This document shows, piece by piece, positions 12,180-20,764 of a stretch of DNA of 45,405 bases; the first letter of the stretch is position 1, and each line of letters opens with the position of its first letter. The stretch lies in the NCBI GenBank assembly GCA_049687655.1, contig JBAVJG010000018.1, positions 1 to 45,405 of the forward strand, read 5' to 3'. Origin of the DNA: Anaerolineales bacterium (GTDB lineage: Bacteria; Chloroflexota; Anaerolineae; Anaerolineales; Villigracilaceae). Below the pieces are notes generated by a model. That model had not been told where the DNA came from and made no database searches. It worked only from the letters and a program-made list of their open reading frames with translations. The position numbers and the translations under genes are program-made.

Positions 12180-13352
12180 ATGGCACAAACAATTACGATT
12201 GGATTAGCACGAATGCATGTTGAATTTGGCGAACGCCGCGATTTCTTGCCTACACTGGTTGCTGATTTGGAAAAACGCGGTGCGCAGGTTTTCCTGGAAC
12301 ATGGATATGGCTCCGCTATGGGGTTTACGGAAGGGAATTATCAAAAGGTTGCGCCCAATACCCAGTTTGTCTCACATGAAGAAGTTTACCAAAAACAAAT
12401 TGTGCTGGTGCTCCGCTGCCCATCCAATGACGACTTGAAATTAATGCAGCCTGGCGCTTGCCTGATCTCCATGCTGCATTACCCCACACGCCCTCAGCGA
12501 GTGGCCTTTCTAAAATCACTGGGAATCGAAGCCGTGTCACTCGACTCATTAAAAGATGAGACTGGTCGCCGCCTGCTCGAAAACTTGCGTTCCGTGGCCT
12601 GGAATGGGCTGGAGGTCGGCTTCCAGATATTGCATCGCACCTACCCAACGCCTGGGCTGGAGAGCAAGGAACGTGGTCCCATACAAGCTACGATTCTAGG
12701 GGTTGGTGCTGTTGGGATGCACGCTGTCCAGGCAGCCAGTCGCTATGGCGACCCGAAATTCTGGCAGACATTGGCAGAGAGAGGAGTGCCGGGAGTCAAA
12801 GTTACGGCAGTAGATTACGATCTGACCGACCGCGAAGAGATTATGAAAGAAATCCTGGCCCGTACCGACATTCTGGTGGATGCCACTCAACGTCCGGATT
12901 CGAGCAAGATCGTCATCTCGAACGAATGGATTGGTTTAATGCCGGAGCATGCTGTGCTGGTCGATTTGTCCGTAGACCCGTACAATTGTCTGGTCGATCC
13001 ACCCGAAGTCAAGGGTATTGAGGGTATGCCGCAGGGCAATCTTGACCAGTATGTCTTCATACCTGACGACTCGGTGTATGATCGCATTCCTGATTGCGTT
13101 TCAACACAGCATCGAAGACATGCCGTTTCCTGTTATTCCTGGCCGGGTATCCATCCCAAACAGTGTATGTCGCTGTATGGAGAACAACTCCGCCCGATCA
13201 TGCGCACCATTATTGACCATGGTGGGGTGCAAGATGTCAATTCGCATGGCCGCTATTTTGAACGCACCATTGGAAGAGCAATGCTATCGAACTGGGAATC
13301 CCCGCAATCAACTTCATCGACAACAAATCCTGAAAGAGAGGATAAGGGATGA
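12180..13352 (+). CDS. AlaDH/PNT-family NAD(P)-dependent dehydrogenase (saccharopine dehydrogenase or carboxyethyl-ornithine-synthase-like), paralog 1
   Basis: ILGVGAVGMHA Rossmann motif, with domain order as in alanine dehydrogenase or LYS1-type enzymes. The ATG at 12180 follows GAGGAG. The specific substrate is unknown. Confidence 0.5.
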   Translation: MAQTITIGLARMHVEFGERRDFLPTLVADLEKRGAQVFLEHGYGSAMGFTEGNYQKVAPNTQFVSHEEVYQKQIVLVLRCPSNDDLKLMQPGACLISMLHYPTRPQRVAFLKSLGIEAVSLDSLKDETGRRLLENLRSVAWNGLEVGFQILHRTYPTPGLESKERGPIQATILGVGAVGMHAVQAASRYGDPKFWQTLAERGVPGVKVTAVDYDLTDREEIMKEILARTDILVDATQRPDSSKIVISNEWIGLMPEHAVLVDLSVDPYNCLVDPPEVKGIEGMPQGNLDQYVFIPDDSVYDRIPDCVSTQHRRHAVSCYSWPGIHPKQCMSLYGEQLRPIMRTIIDHGGVQDVNSHGRYFERTIGRAMLSNWESPQSTSSTTNPEREDKG

Positions 13353-14506
13353 GTATCCCCAGATCCATTGGTTTTCCCCGCATGCAGCATGAAGCCGGAG
13401 AGAAACGCGTCTTCCTGCCAGAGTTCATCCAGCATCTGGCGGGCCTTGGCGTGCAGGTTTGTATCGAGGATGGTTATGGCGCACGCTCAGGTTTTATGTA
13501 TGAAGATTACAAACAAGCCAACCCTGAAATCCACATCTGCAGCCGTGAAGAAGTCTTTCAGCAAGATGTAGTCTTGACCTTGCGGTCTCCCAGGCCGGAA
13601 GAATTTCACCTGGTCAAAAGCGGCGCCACGCTCATCGCCATGCTGCACTTTTCCACCCGGCCCATCCGCGTTGCGCGACTCGAAAAATTGGGCATCAAGG
13701 CCATCTCGCTAGACAGCATCGTTAACGACGATAACATCCGTCTGGTGGAAAACATGAAGGCAGTCGCCTGGAACGGCTTGGAAGCAGCATTCGATTGGCT
13801 GGAGAAGTCCTGGCCCGGTCTGGTCCGGCCTGACAATAAACCCATACAGGTACTCATCATCGGGACCGGAATGGTCGGGAAGCATGCTGTGGACGCAGCT
13901 ACAAAATTGGGTAATGTCGAACGCAACAACGATCACATCGCAGCCAACGGACCGGGGGCTGCTGCCGTTTCGATCGGCCGTAACATCTCCTCGAACGCAG
14001 CCACAATGGAGACGCTATTTGGCCAGACTGACATTCTGGTCGATGCCACCCAACGTCGCAACCCAAGCAAACCGGTCGTCCCGAACGAATGGATCGCCTG
14101 GCTGCCTGAACATGCCGTTCTGGTCGATCTGTCTGTCGACCCGTACACGCTGAATGCTGACCCTCCCATTGTGCGCGGTATCGAGGGTATTCCACAGGGG
14201 AACCTGGATCAGTACGTTTTCCCCGCTTACTATCCAAGATGGGATGAACTTGTCCCGGAATCGATCCCTTCCAGGCACCGTCGCACCGCGGTGACATGCT
14301 ACTCATGGCCAGGTGTACATCCCGAAGCCTGTATGCGGCACTACGCCAGGCAGTTGCAATCCCTGATGTATCACCTGTTCAAAAAAGGCTATGACGGCAT
14401 TTCCATCTACGGCGACTATTTCGAACGCGCTTTGTATCGCGGCACGCTAAAAGCCTTCCTACAAGGTGAAGTTGATTCTACCCTTACGCGAGTAGGCTCA
14501 GAATAA
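13349..14506 (+). CDS. AlaDH/PNT-family NAD(P)-dependent dehydrogenase, paralog 2
   Basis: Collinear with paralog 1. Shared blocks include AVAWNGLE, DILVDATQR, PEHAVLVDLSVDPY, GNLDQYVF and CYSWPG. IIGTGMVGKHA Rossmann motif. ATGA start/stop overlap with paralog 1. Confidence 0.5.
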   Translation: MSIPRSIGFPRMQHEAGEKRVFLPEFIQHLAGLGVQVCIEDGYGARSGFMYEDYKQANPEIHICSREEVFQQDVVLTLRSPRPEEFHLVKSGATLIAMLHFSTRPIRVARLEKLGIKAISLDSIVNDDNIRLVENMKAVAWNGLEAAFDWLEKSWPGLVRPDNKPIQVLIIGTGMVGKHAVDAATKLGNVERNNDHIAANGPGAAAVSIGRNISSNAATMETLFGQTDILVDATQRRNPSKPVVPNEWIAWLPEHAVLVDLSVDPYTLNADPPIVRGIEGIPQGNLDQYVFPAYYPRWDELVPESIPSRHRRTAVTCYSWPGVHPEACMRHYARQLQSLMYHLFKKGYDGISIYGDYFERALYRGTLKAFLQGEVDSTLTRVGSE

Positions 14507-14756
14507 TAACGAGCGGGAAGCAACCGCTCTTTATAAAACAGTTCGTGTTGTTCAGCATCGGGGTCACCGTGAATGCCATCCCTGTTAATTCTGTGCTCCC
14601 CGCTAACGAGAATGTTGTAACCAAACTCCATCCACTCTGCGATGAGAGCGGCGCACCAGCATCCCGGCAGCAACGAATAGTTCCAGGTCAGGGTATAGAA
14701 ACGCCGAAGTTGGAGGAGAACTGACTGAACGCTGTGGCTATTCGGTTCAAACTATG

Positions 14757-15818
14757 TCAGTGGTTCAAGACAAGCACCGCTTCACGAGAACAGGTAATCT
14801 GGACCTTATCACCGATCTTGGGTAGCTCAAGGAATGGATTGTTGAATGTATCCATGTAGAAATTACCATCGCCTACAGCAATCTGAATACGAACAATTGA
14901 ACCAAGGAAGGTGATGTTCTCAATTACAGCATCTAGAACATTGGCTTTCTTTTGATCGGAAGCAAAGCTAAAGCGTTCAGGGCGAATAGCGATCATAACT
15001 TTTTTCCCGATTTGCTCATTTTCAAGACCCTTCGCAGCCTGGAGTTGTAGCCCGTCAATCCGGATAGTGTTAGCCTTAGGGTCAATCACTTCCGCTTCAA
15101 CCGCGTTCAATGTCCCTACAAAGCTGGCGACAAATTCGGTCGTTGGAAAGTTGTAAATCTCAAAGGGGGTGCCCACCTGTTCCATTTGGCCTTTGTACAT
15201 GACAACCACACGATCTGAAATGGACAACGCCTCTTCCTGGTCGTGAGTAACATAAATAGCGGTGATGCCCAGTTTTTGCTGAATAGAGCGAATCTCAGAG
15301 CGCAACGAGACGCGGATCTTTGCATCCAGCGCAGAGAGCGGTTCGTCTAGCAAAAGCACTTCAGGGCGCAAAGCCAGCGCGCGGGCCAATGCAACACGCT
15401 GCTGCTGACCACCCGAGAGTTGAGCTGGATAACGGTTGCCATACTCCGGCATGTTGATCAATTCCAACATCTCTTTCACACGGTTTTTGATCTCTTCGGA
15501 CGATTTTTTAGCTACCTTGAGACCAAAACCGATATTACTTGAAACGGTCATGTTGGGGAAAAGAGCGTAAGATTGAAATACCATGCCGACATCGCGCTCG
15601 TTGGGAGGGGTATTTGTGATATCTTCGTTGTTAATGACGATACTTCCCCCCGTTGGCACCTCGAACCCGGCCACCATACGCAGGGTAGTTGTTTTTCCAC
15701 ACCCGCTTGGCCCCAAGAAGGATACCAACTCGCCTTTTTCGACGGTAAGGTTAAAATCTTTTACGGCCACTGTAGTGCCAAAAGCTTTGCTTACATTATT
15801 GATTTGTAAAAATGTCAT
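14757..15818 (-). CDS. ABC transporter ATP-binding protein (PotA/FbpC-like)
   Basis: Walker A GPSGCGKTT, signature LSGGQQQRVALARAL, Walker B LLLDEPLSALD, and a C-terminal TOBE-like domain. The ATG at 15818 (MTFLQINN) is preceded by GGTGAGGA. Confidence 0.9.
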   Translation of the reverse strand: MTFLQINNVSKAFGTTVAVKDFNLTVEKGELVSFLGPSGCGKTTTLRMVAGFEVPTGGSIVINNEDITNTPPNERDVGMVFQSYALFPNMTVSSNIGFGLKVAKKSSEEIKNRVKEMLELINMPEYGNRYPAQLSGGQQQRVALARALALRPEVLLLDEPLSALDAKIRVSLRSEIRSIQQKLGITAIYVTHDQEEALSISDRVVVMYKGQMEQVGTPFEIYNFPTTEFVASFVGTLNAVEAEVIDPKANTIRIDGLQLQAAKGLENEQIGKKVMIAIRPERFSFASDQKKANVLDAVIENITFLGSIVRIQIAVGDGNFYMDTFNNPFLELPKIGDKVQITCSREAVLVLNH

Positions 15819-15834
15819 GATGTCCTCACCAAAT

Positions 15835-16635
15835 TTAGTGCGCACCGGCAAGCTGCTCTTGCGCGGCACCCCGCCCGACCCATTGCATCAGTCCGATGGA
15901 AGCCCAGGTCAATAGGAAACTGACCACTGCCAGAGCCTGAGGTGTGTAGGCGCGCATGGCACCAATCTCTTCCATGTACGGACCAAACGCCGGCCAGTAT
16001 AACAGTGATGCGAAAGTAAATTCCCCCATTACAATGGCAAAGGTCAAAAACACGCCACTGAGAATGGCTGTCCGAAGATTGGGAAAAATAATCTGTAAAA
16101 GAATGACACGCCAACCTGCACCCAAGCTTAGAGCGGCTTCAGTCAAGGTACGCACATCAATGGCGCGCAATCCAGTATCAACAGCCCGGTACATGTAAGG
16201 TAAGGACAGGATAATATAGCCTGCCACCAACGGGATCGGTGTACTGGTAAGAACCAAGATTGGTACCCCAAACAATTTCAATCCCCCACCGTAAAGACTG
16301 CTCATACCAAAGACGAGCACAACGGCCGGCACAACAAAGGGCATCAATGTAACAAACTCTACCCAGGGACGCGCCTTGTGTGTACGCCAATGCACCCAAT
16401 AGGCGGTGGGCACCACCAGGAGCAGGCTGAACAAAATGGTCAGAAGTGCCCATAAGAAGGAAGATCCAAAACTCTGGTAGAACTGCGCGTCGGTAAAAGC
16501 CACACGATAGGCCTCAAAGGTGTAGCGGTCTTTAATCATCTTAAGACTGAAATTAAAGGTAGCCAAGAGCGGCAGGAAGAAATACACAAGGCCGATAAGC
16601 AAAATGAGCCAGGACCAGATGTTTTTAGTTTTCAT
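15835..16635 (-). CDS. ABC transporter permease
   Basis: Six helices, and an EAA-like loop (LTEAALSLGAGWRV). ATGA overlap with the upstream permease stop. Confidence 0.85.
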   Translation of the reverse strand: MKTKNIWSWLILLIGLVYFFLPLLATFNFSLKMIKDRYTFEAYRVAFTDAQFYQSFGSSFLWALLTILFSLLLVVPTAYWVHWRTHKARPWVEFVTLMPFVVPAVVLVFGMSSLYGGGLKLFGVPILVLTSTPIPLVAGYIILSLPYMYRAVDTGLRAIDVRTLTEAALSLGAGWRVILLQIIFPNLRTAILSGVFLTFAIVMGEFTFASLLYWPAFGPYMEEIGAMRAYTPQALAVVSFLLTWASIGLMQWVGRGAAQEQLAGAH

Positions 16636-17501
16636 TGCAACCACCTCGCAGCTCTTCTCTGCAGGGATATATAGCCAACCATACTGATGCTCATAATGAA
16701 AACCATCCCCAAAGCCAGGGCATTGCCCAGGCCGGGGTTAAAGAGCACATCACCCTGCATCTGGGCACCAATCAGGATGGGCACCAAGTTAATGAAACTG
16801 CCTGAAAAGGCATATGCAGTGGCGTAAGCGCCAAAAGCGTTACCAAACAACAGGATCGTCGTACCCAGTAGGGAAGGAATCAAGATTGGAAAAGCAACAT
16901 AGCGCCAGTAATGCCAGCTCGTGCCGCCCAGGTTGGCACACGCCTCGCTCCATTCCCGCCGTAAGCCATCCAAGGCGGGCGCCATAATCAGCACCATGAG
17001 CGGGAACTGAAAATACATGTAAACGATGCTCAACCCGGTGATACTGTAGATGGTAAAGCCTCCCGCGTGAATATCAAATCCAAAAGCACTTTCAAGCCAG
17101 CGCGTGACCAGCCCGTTATTGCCCATTGTGGCAATGAAGGCAAAGGCCAGTGGAACACCGGCAAAGTTAGAAGCCACACCGGAAAACGTCGTCATAAAGG
17201 TGCGCACACCCTTGGGTAATCCACCCAGGACAACTGCATAAGCGAGCAAAAACCCAAACACCGCCCCGCCCAAAGCGGTAATCGCACTAATGGTTAAACT
17301 GGTTTTGTAGGCGTTGATAAAATCCCTCACTGTAAAGAGGGCAATAATATTATCAAACGTAAAGCCGCCATCAACATCTTCGAAACTACCAATGAAGATG
17401 GAAATGGACGGCAGGAAAAGGAACATGGTAGCGAACAGAAAAAAAGGCGCAAGGGGCAGCCAGTTGATAATGGATGTCCTCTTAGAGGAGGGACGCGCCA
17501 T
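16632..17501 (-). CDS. ABC transporter permease
   Basis: Six helices, and an EAA-like loop (EACANLGGTSWHYWRYV). I chose the ATG at 17501, preceded by AAGGGGA, over the upstream GTG. Confidence 0.8.
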   Translation of the reverse strand: MARPSSKRTSIINWLPLAPFFLFATMFLFLPSISIFIGSFEDVDGGFTFDNIIALFTVRDFINAYKTSLTISAITALGGAVFGFLLAYAVVLGGLPKGVRTFMTTFSGVASNFAGVPLAFAFIATMGNNGLVTRWLESAFGFDIHAGGFTIYSITGLSIVYMYFQFPLMVLIMAPALDGLRREWSEACANLGGTSWHYWRYVAFPILIPSLLGTTILLFGNAFGAYATAYAFSGSFINLVPILIGAQMQGDVLFNPGLGNALALGMVFIMSISMVGYISLQRRAARWLQ

Positions 17502-17564
17502 AGGCGCGTCCCCTTTTGATTGGGCTGTCAGTTTTTCGTTGTTTATACCCACTGCATCGTACTC

Positions 17565-18725
17565 CTATTCACCAAAGACGACACTGCGCCAATTCTCTGT
17601 GATGTAAGCGGTGGCAGCCTGGAGTTCCTCGACTGTCAGGAAGACTGCATTTGCATAAGCTTCAGCAGGCGGCAGCTTGGCAGCCAACTCTTCAGGAACA
17701 ACGCCACGCTTAGCCATATCATTGAAACGAATGGGGTGAGCATAGCCTTTGAGGTAAATATTCTGGCCTTCATCAGACATGATGAATTCCCACCACAGGC
17801 GAGCCGCATAAGGATGCGGCGCATAAGCGCTGATGGCACCAGCATACGGACCGGCGATTACGCCTGTTTTTGGAACGATGATCTCGGTTTCCGGGTTGCC
17901 AGCCAGCGAATCGCGGTTTGCCAGCGCTAGATAGTCCCACTCCATGACGATGGGTGTTTCACCCTGAGCAATCGTACCCTGGTCAGCGATAACCGGGATA
18001 AAGTTACCAGCATCGTTCACCTCTTTCCAGAATTGCAGACCCATCTCAGCAGCTTTGGCCTTATCGCCGCCAGCACGGGAGAGGCCAGCAGCATAAACGG
18101 TCATGACCGACTGGTTGGATTTGAGCACATCGCCAGCCATGGCAACCTTGCCCTTGTATTCCGGCTTGAGCAAATCTTCCCAGTCCTGAGGGGAATTCTC
18201 GATCGCTGGTTTGGAAACTTCAAAGGCCAGAGCACCATAGTATTCCGCCCACCAGTAGCCATCGGGATCTTTCATTTCGATGCTGTCCCAGGTAGAAACC
18301 TTATATTTTGCAAACAGACCCTTGTCCATGGCATTAGCGGTGTGGCCCACACCAACGTCTACTGTATCCGGGGCCTGTGGACCTTTGCTGTCTTTGTTGG
18401 CTTCAATAGCAGCCAGCTCATCAGCAGAACCAGCGTTGGGATCAAGTTCATTGATCTTAATGCCATACTTGGCCTTGAAGGTTTCAATCATTTCCCCGTA
18501 GTTGGCCCAGTCATGCGGTAGAGCAATGGTGGTCAACTCGCCTTCAGTCTTGGCAGCAGCGATCAACTCATCCAATGGAATTGAGTTCCCACTGGTCAAA
18601 TCTGGCAACGAAGCAGCGGCGGGTTCTGCAGCTTGCGGTCCACATGCTGCCAGATATGCAGACGCACCGGTTACAGCAGCGCCTAGCTTGAGGAAATCAC
18701 GACGACTAACCTTATTTGATGACAT
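17565..18725 (-). CDS. ABC transporter substrate-binding lipoprotein (family 1; iron(III)- or polyamine-type)
   Basis: Twin-arginine-like leader SRRDFLKLGAAVTGASAYLAACG with a lipobox. About 385 aa. It is the first gene of the ABC operon. The substrate was not determined. Confidence 0.75.
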   Translation of the reverse strand: MSSNKVSRRDFLKLGAAVTGASAYLAACGPQAAEPAAASLPDLTSGNSIPLDELIAAAKTEGELTTIALPHDWANYGEMIETFKAKYGIKINELDPNAGSADELAAIEANKDSKGPQAPDTVDVGVGHTANAMDKGLFAKYKVSTWDSIEMKDPDGYWWAEYYGALAFEVSKPAIENSPQDWEDLLKPEYKGKVAMAGDVLKSNQSVMTVYAAGLSRAGGDKAKAAEMGLQFWKEVNDAGNFIPVIADQGTIAQGETPIVMEWDYLALANRDSLAGNPETEIIVPKTGVIAGPYAGAISAYAPHPYAARLWWEFIMSDEGQNIYLKGYAHPIRFNDMAKRGVVPEELAAKLPPAEAYANAVFLTVEELQAATAYITENWRSVVFGE

Positions 18726-18993
18726 CTTTCTCTCCTTTGTAATTTGCGCAATATAGAAATATTAAAAAGTTTGGTTCCATCCATCCAGGAGTATCTTACT
18801 TATTCCACCTCCAATCATGTGGGCTTGAGACCTCATTTATATCCCCCACTTGAAGCATTTATGATAACGAACCCTATCACAAGAACGCAATGGCCATTTG
18901 CATGCATAATCAATTTTAGCATTGAAAAACTACAAAGTCAATTAATTTCCATCAGAATCTTTCAGGTATTCTCAAAGTTGTGCTTGAATTATG

Positions 18994-20574
18994 GTATCCG
19001 TTCAGTTGGAACAATACCTGATTTGGCAAGTTACAAAGATGCTGAAAAAAGGCGATGCTTGGCAGTAGAGGAACTAGAATTTCTGGCGTAGACTATCATT
19101 ATGGAATTGCCTGTTGACTTTCCAGTAAATCGAGAAGAATGGAAAAAAACGCCAGGATCTGTTCAAGTGTTCATGGTAGCGCTTTGGCGGGAGAATCAGC
19201 TACTGAGACAGCAGGTAGCTGACATACAAGTCGAAATGGGGAAAATGGCAGAACGGGTCAACAAGAACTCGCAAAATTCATCCAAGCCACCTTCTTCAGA
19301 TACATTTTCAAAAAGCAAGTATCCTAAAAAGGAAGCCAGCGGGCAAAAGAAAGGCGGGCAACCTGGGCATAAAGGGAAAGGGCGGAAGTTGAAGCCACTG
19401 GATCAGGTAAACAAAGTAGTCGTGCTCAAACCCACGGCATGCACAGAATGCGGGTCGTTGTTGCTGGGAGAAGATGCCCATCCACAGCGGCATCAAGTGA
19501 GCGAACTGCCGCGCATCGTACCGGAGATCGTGGAATACCAAAGGCACAGGGTGGCTTGTCTGGTATGCGGAACCGAAAATCAGGCTGAATGGCCGGTCGA
19601 TATGCCGCGTGGCAGTTTTGGAGAACGGGTACAGGCGATGAGCGGGTATCTGGGTGGGCGTTTCGGGATCAGTCAGCGGGACATGGTCGAGATGTTTGAA
19701 ACGGTTTTCCATCTTGAAATCGGTCTGGGGAGCATTCCGGCCCAAGAAGAACGCGTCAGCCAGGCGTTGAAGCAACCGGTGGATAGCGCGCTTGAATATG
19801 CTCAACAACAAACCGCAAAAAACATGGATGAAACCAGTTGGCACGAATTGACGAAACTGTGCTGGCTGTGGGTCTGCGTTACGCCCGGGGTGAGCGTCTT
19901 CCGGATCTTCCAAACCCGAGCTGCCAGCGGGGCGCGGGAGTTGCTGGGAGAAAACCTGGTTGGGATCTTGGGATCAGACCGCTACAGCGCTTATAACTGG
20001 ATCGATCCTGAAAAGCGGCAAGCCTGTTGGGCGCACCTCAAACGCGACTTTCAGGCTTGGGTAGAACGCGGCGGAGAATCCAAAACGGTTGGGCGTCTGC
20101 TCCTGGAGCAGGTCAAGTTATTCTTTGGCCTTTGGCATCGCGTCAGAGACGGAACGCTCTCCCGCATTGATTTCCAATGCGCCATGCAACCCATCCGCCG
20201 CGAAGTCAAAAGCTTGCTGTGTATTGGCACATTCGTAAATCAGCCCCAAACCCGAAAAACTTGCCAGAACATTCTCCAACTGGAGCAGGCACTTTGGACG
20301 TTTGTCGACCACGAGGGGATTGAACCCACCAACAACGCTGCTGAACGTGCTTTACGACGTGCTGTGATTTGGCGTAAACGCAGCTTTGGAACTCAAAGTG
20401 AAAAAGGCAGCCAGTTTGTCGAGCGCATTATGACAACAGTTACCACTTTGCGCCAACAAAATCGGGATGTGCTGGATTACTTGGCTACAGCCTGTCACGC
20501 CAATCTACTGGGTGTAACCGCGCCTTCTTTGCTGCCTGCTGTTTAGGTTGACGTTATACCAACTGAACGGACAC
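18994..20574 (+). mobile_element. IS66-family insertion sequence (single-ORF type)
   Basis: Terminal inverted repeats GTATCCGTTCAGTTGG at 18994..19009 and the reverse complement of 20559..20574 (GTGTCCGTTCAGTTGG), matching at 15 of 16 positions. They enclose one IS66-type transposase gene. No flanking direct repeat was found. Confidence 0.85.
19101..20546 (+). CDS. IS66-family transposase
   Basis: An N-terminal leucine-zipper-like helix is followed by NSSKPPSSD. Also present are a zinc-finger region (CTECG ... CLVCG) and a DDE core with the CWAHLKRDF block characteristic of IS66 TnpC. Confidence 0.9.
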   Translation: MELPVDFPVNREEWKKTPGSVQVFMVALWRENQLLRQQVADIQVEMGKMAERVNKNSQNSSKPPSSDTFSKSKYPKKEASGQKKGGQPGHKGKGRKLKPLDQVNKVVVLKPTACTECGSLLLGEDAHPQRHQVSELPRIVPEIVEYQRHRVACLVCGTENQAEWPVDMPRGSFGERVQAMSGYLGGRFGISQRDMVEMFETVFHLEIGLGSIPAQEERVSQALKQPVDSALEYAQQQTAKNMDETSWHELTKLCWLWVCVTPGVSVFRIFQTRAASGARELLGENLVGILGSDRYSAYNWIDPEKRQACWAHLKRDFQAWVERGGESKTVGRLLLEQVKLFFGLWHRVRDGTLSRIDFQCAMQPIRREVKSLLCIGTFVNQPQTRKTCQNILQLEQALWTFVDHEGIEPTNNAAERALRRAVIWRKRSFGTQSEKGSQFVERIMTTVTTLRQQNRDVLDYLATACHANLLGVTAPSLLPAV

Positions 20575-20576
20575 AT

Positions 20577-20607
20577 CAAAAGACCCAGAATATTTGATTC
20601 CGGGTCT
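20577..20607 (-). terminator. Rho-independent terminator after tRNA-His
   Basis: Minus-strand RNA is AGACCCGGAA-UCAAAUA-UUCUGGGUCU followed by UUUG. The 10-bp stem has one G-U pair. Confidence 0.75.
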
Positions 20608-20614
20608 TTCTAGG

Positions 20615-20687
20615 GGTGGGCGAAGGGGCTCGAACCCTCAACATCTTGCTCCACAGGCAAGCGCTCTGCCATTGAGCTACGCCCACC
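20615..20687 (-). tRNA. tRNA-His (anticodon GTG)
   Basis: A manual cloverleaf works. G-1 plus acceptor GTGGGCG/CGCCCAC, D arm GCTC-AATGGCA-GAGC, anticodon arm CTTGC-CTGTGGA-GCAAG, T arm GAGGG-TTCGAGC-CCCTT, and discriminator C pairing with G-1. CCA is not encoded. Confidence 0.9.
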
Positions 20688-20695
20688 ACGACTTA

Positions 20696-20740
20696 CCTCA
20701 ACATCCACAGTGTGCCCTCTGCCATTGAGCTACAGGCACC
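20696..20740 (-). pseudogene. Truncated tRNA-His-like fragment (5-prime half)
   Basis: The minus-strand sequence GGTGCCTGTAGCTCAATGGCAGAGGGCACACTGTGGATGTTGAGG aligns with the intact tRNA-His. The D arm and the anticodon loop CTGTGGA are identical. The 3-prime anticodon stem, T arm and acceptor 3-prime strand are missing. Confidence 0.7.
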
Positions 20741-20764
20741 ATATTGAGCGGGCGGATTATACCA

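Noticed and set aside
14416-14673. 85-aa minus-strand ORF in the 250-nt gap between convergent genes.
   Set aside because: It overlaps the 3-prime end of the dehydrogenase paralog by about 90 nt, has no RBS and has no recognisable motif. It may be a gene remnant, but I cannot support it.
18986-18993. Search for an 8-bp target-site duplication of the IS66 element, comparing with 20575..20582.
   Set aside because: The flanks gaattatg and atcaaaag do not match, and shifting the boundaries by a few nt does not help. No duplication can be claimed.
18726-18993. Possible riboswitch (for example TPP) in the leader of the ABC importer operon.
   Set aside because: No conserved riboswitch core (CUGAGA / ACCUGAUCUGGAUAAUGCCAGCG-like blocks) is seen on the minus strand. 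The region is simply A/T-rich.
18744-19091. 115-aa plus-strand ORF upstream of the transposase.
   Set aside because: It runs from the A/T-rich ABC-operon promoter region straight across the left inverted repeat of the IS at 18994. It is therefore a chance frame, not a gene.
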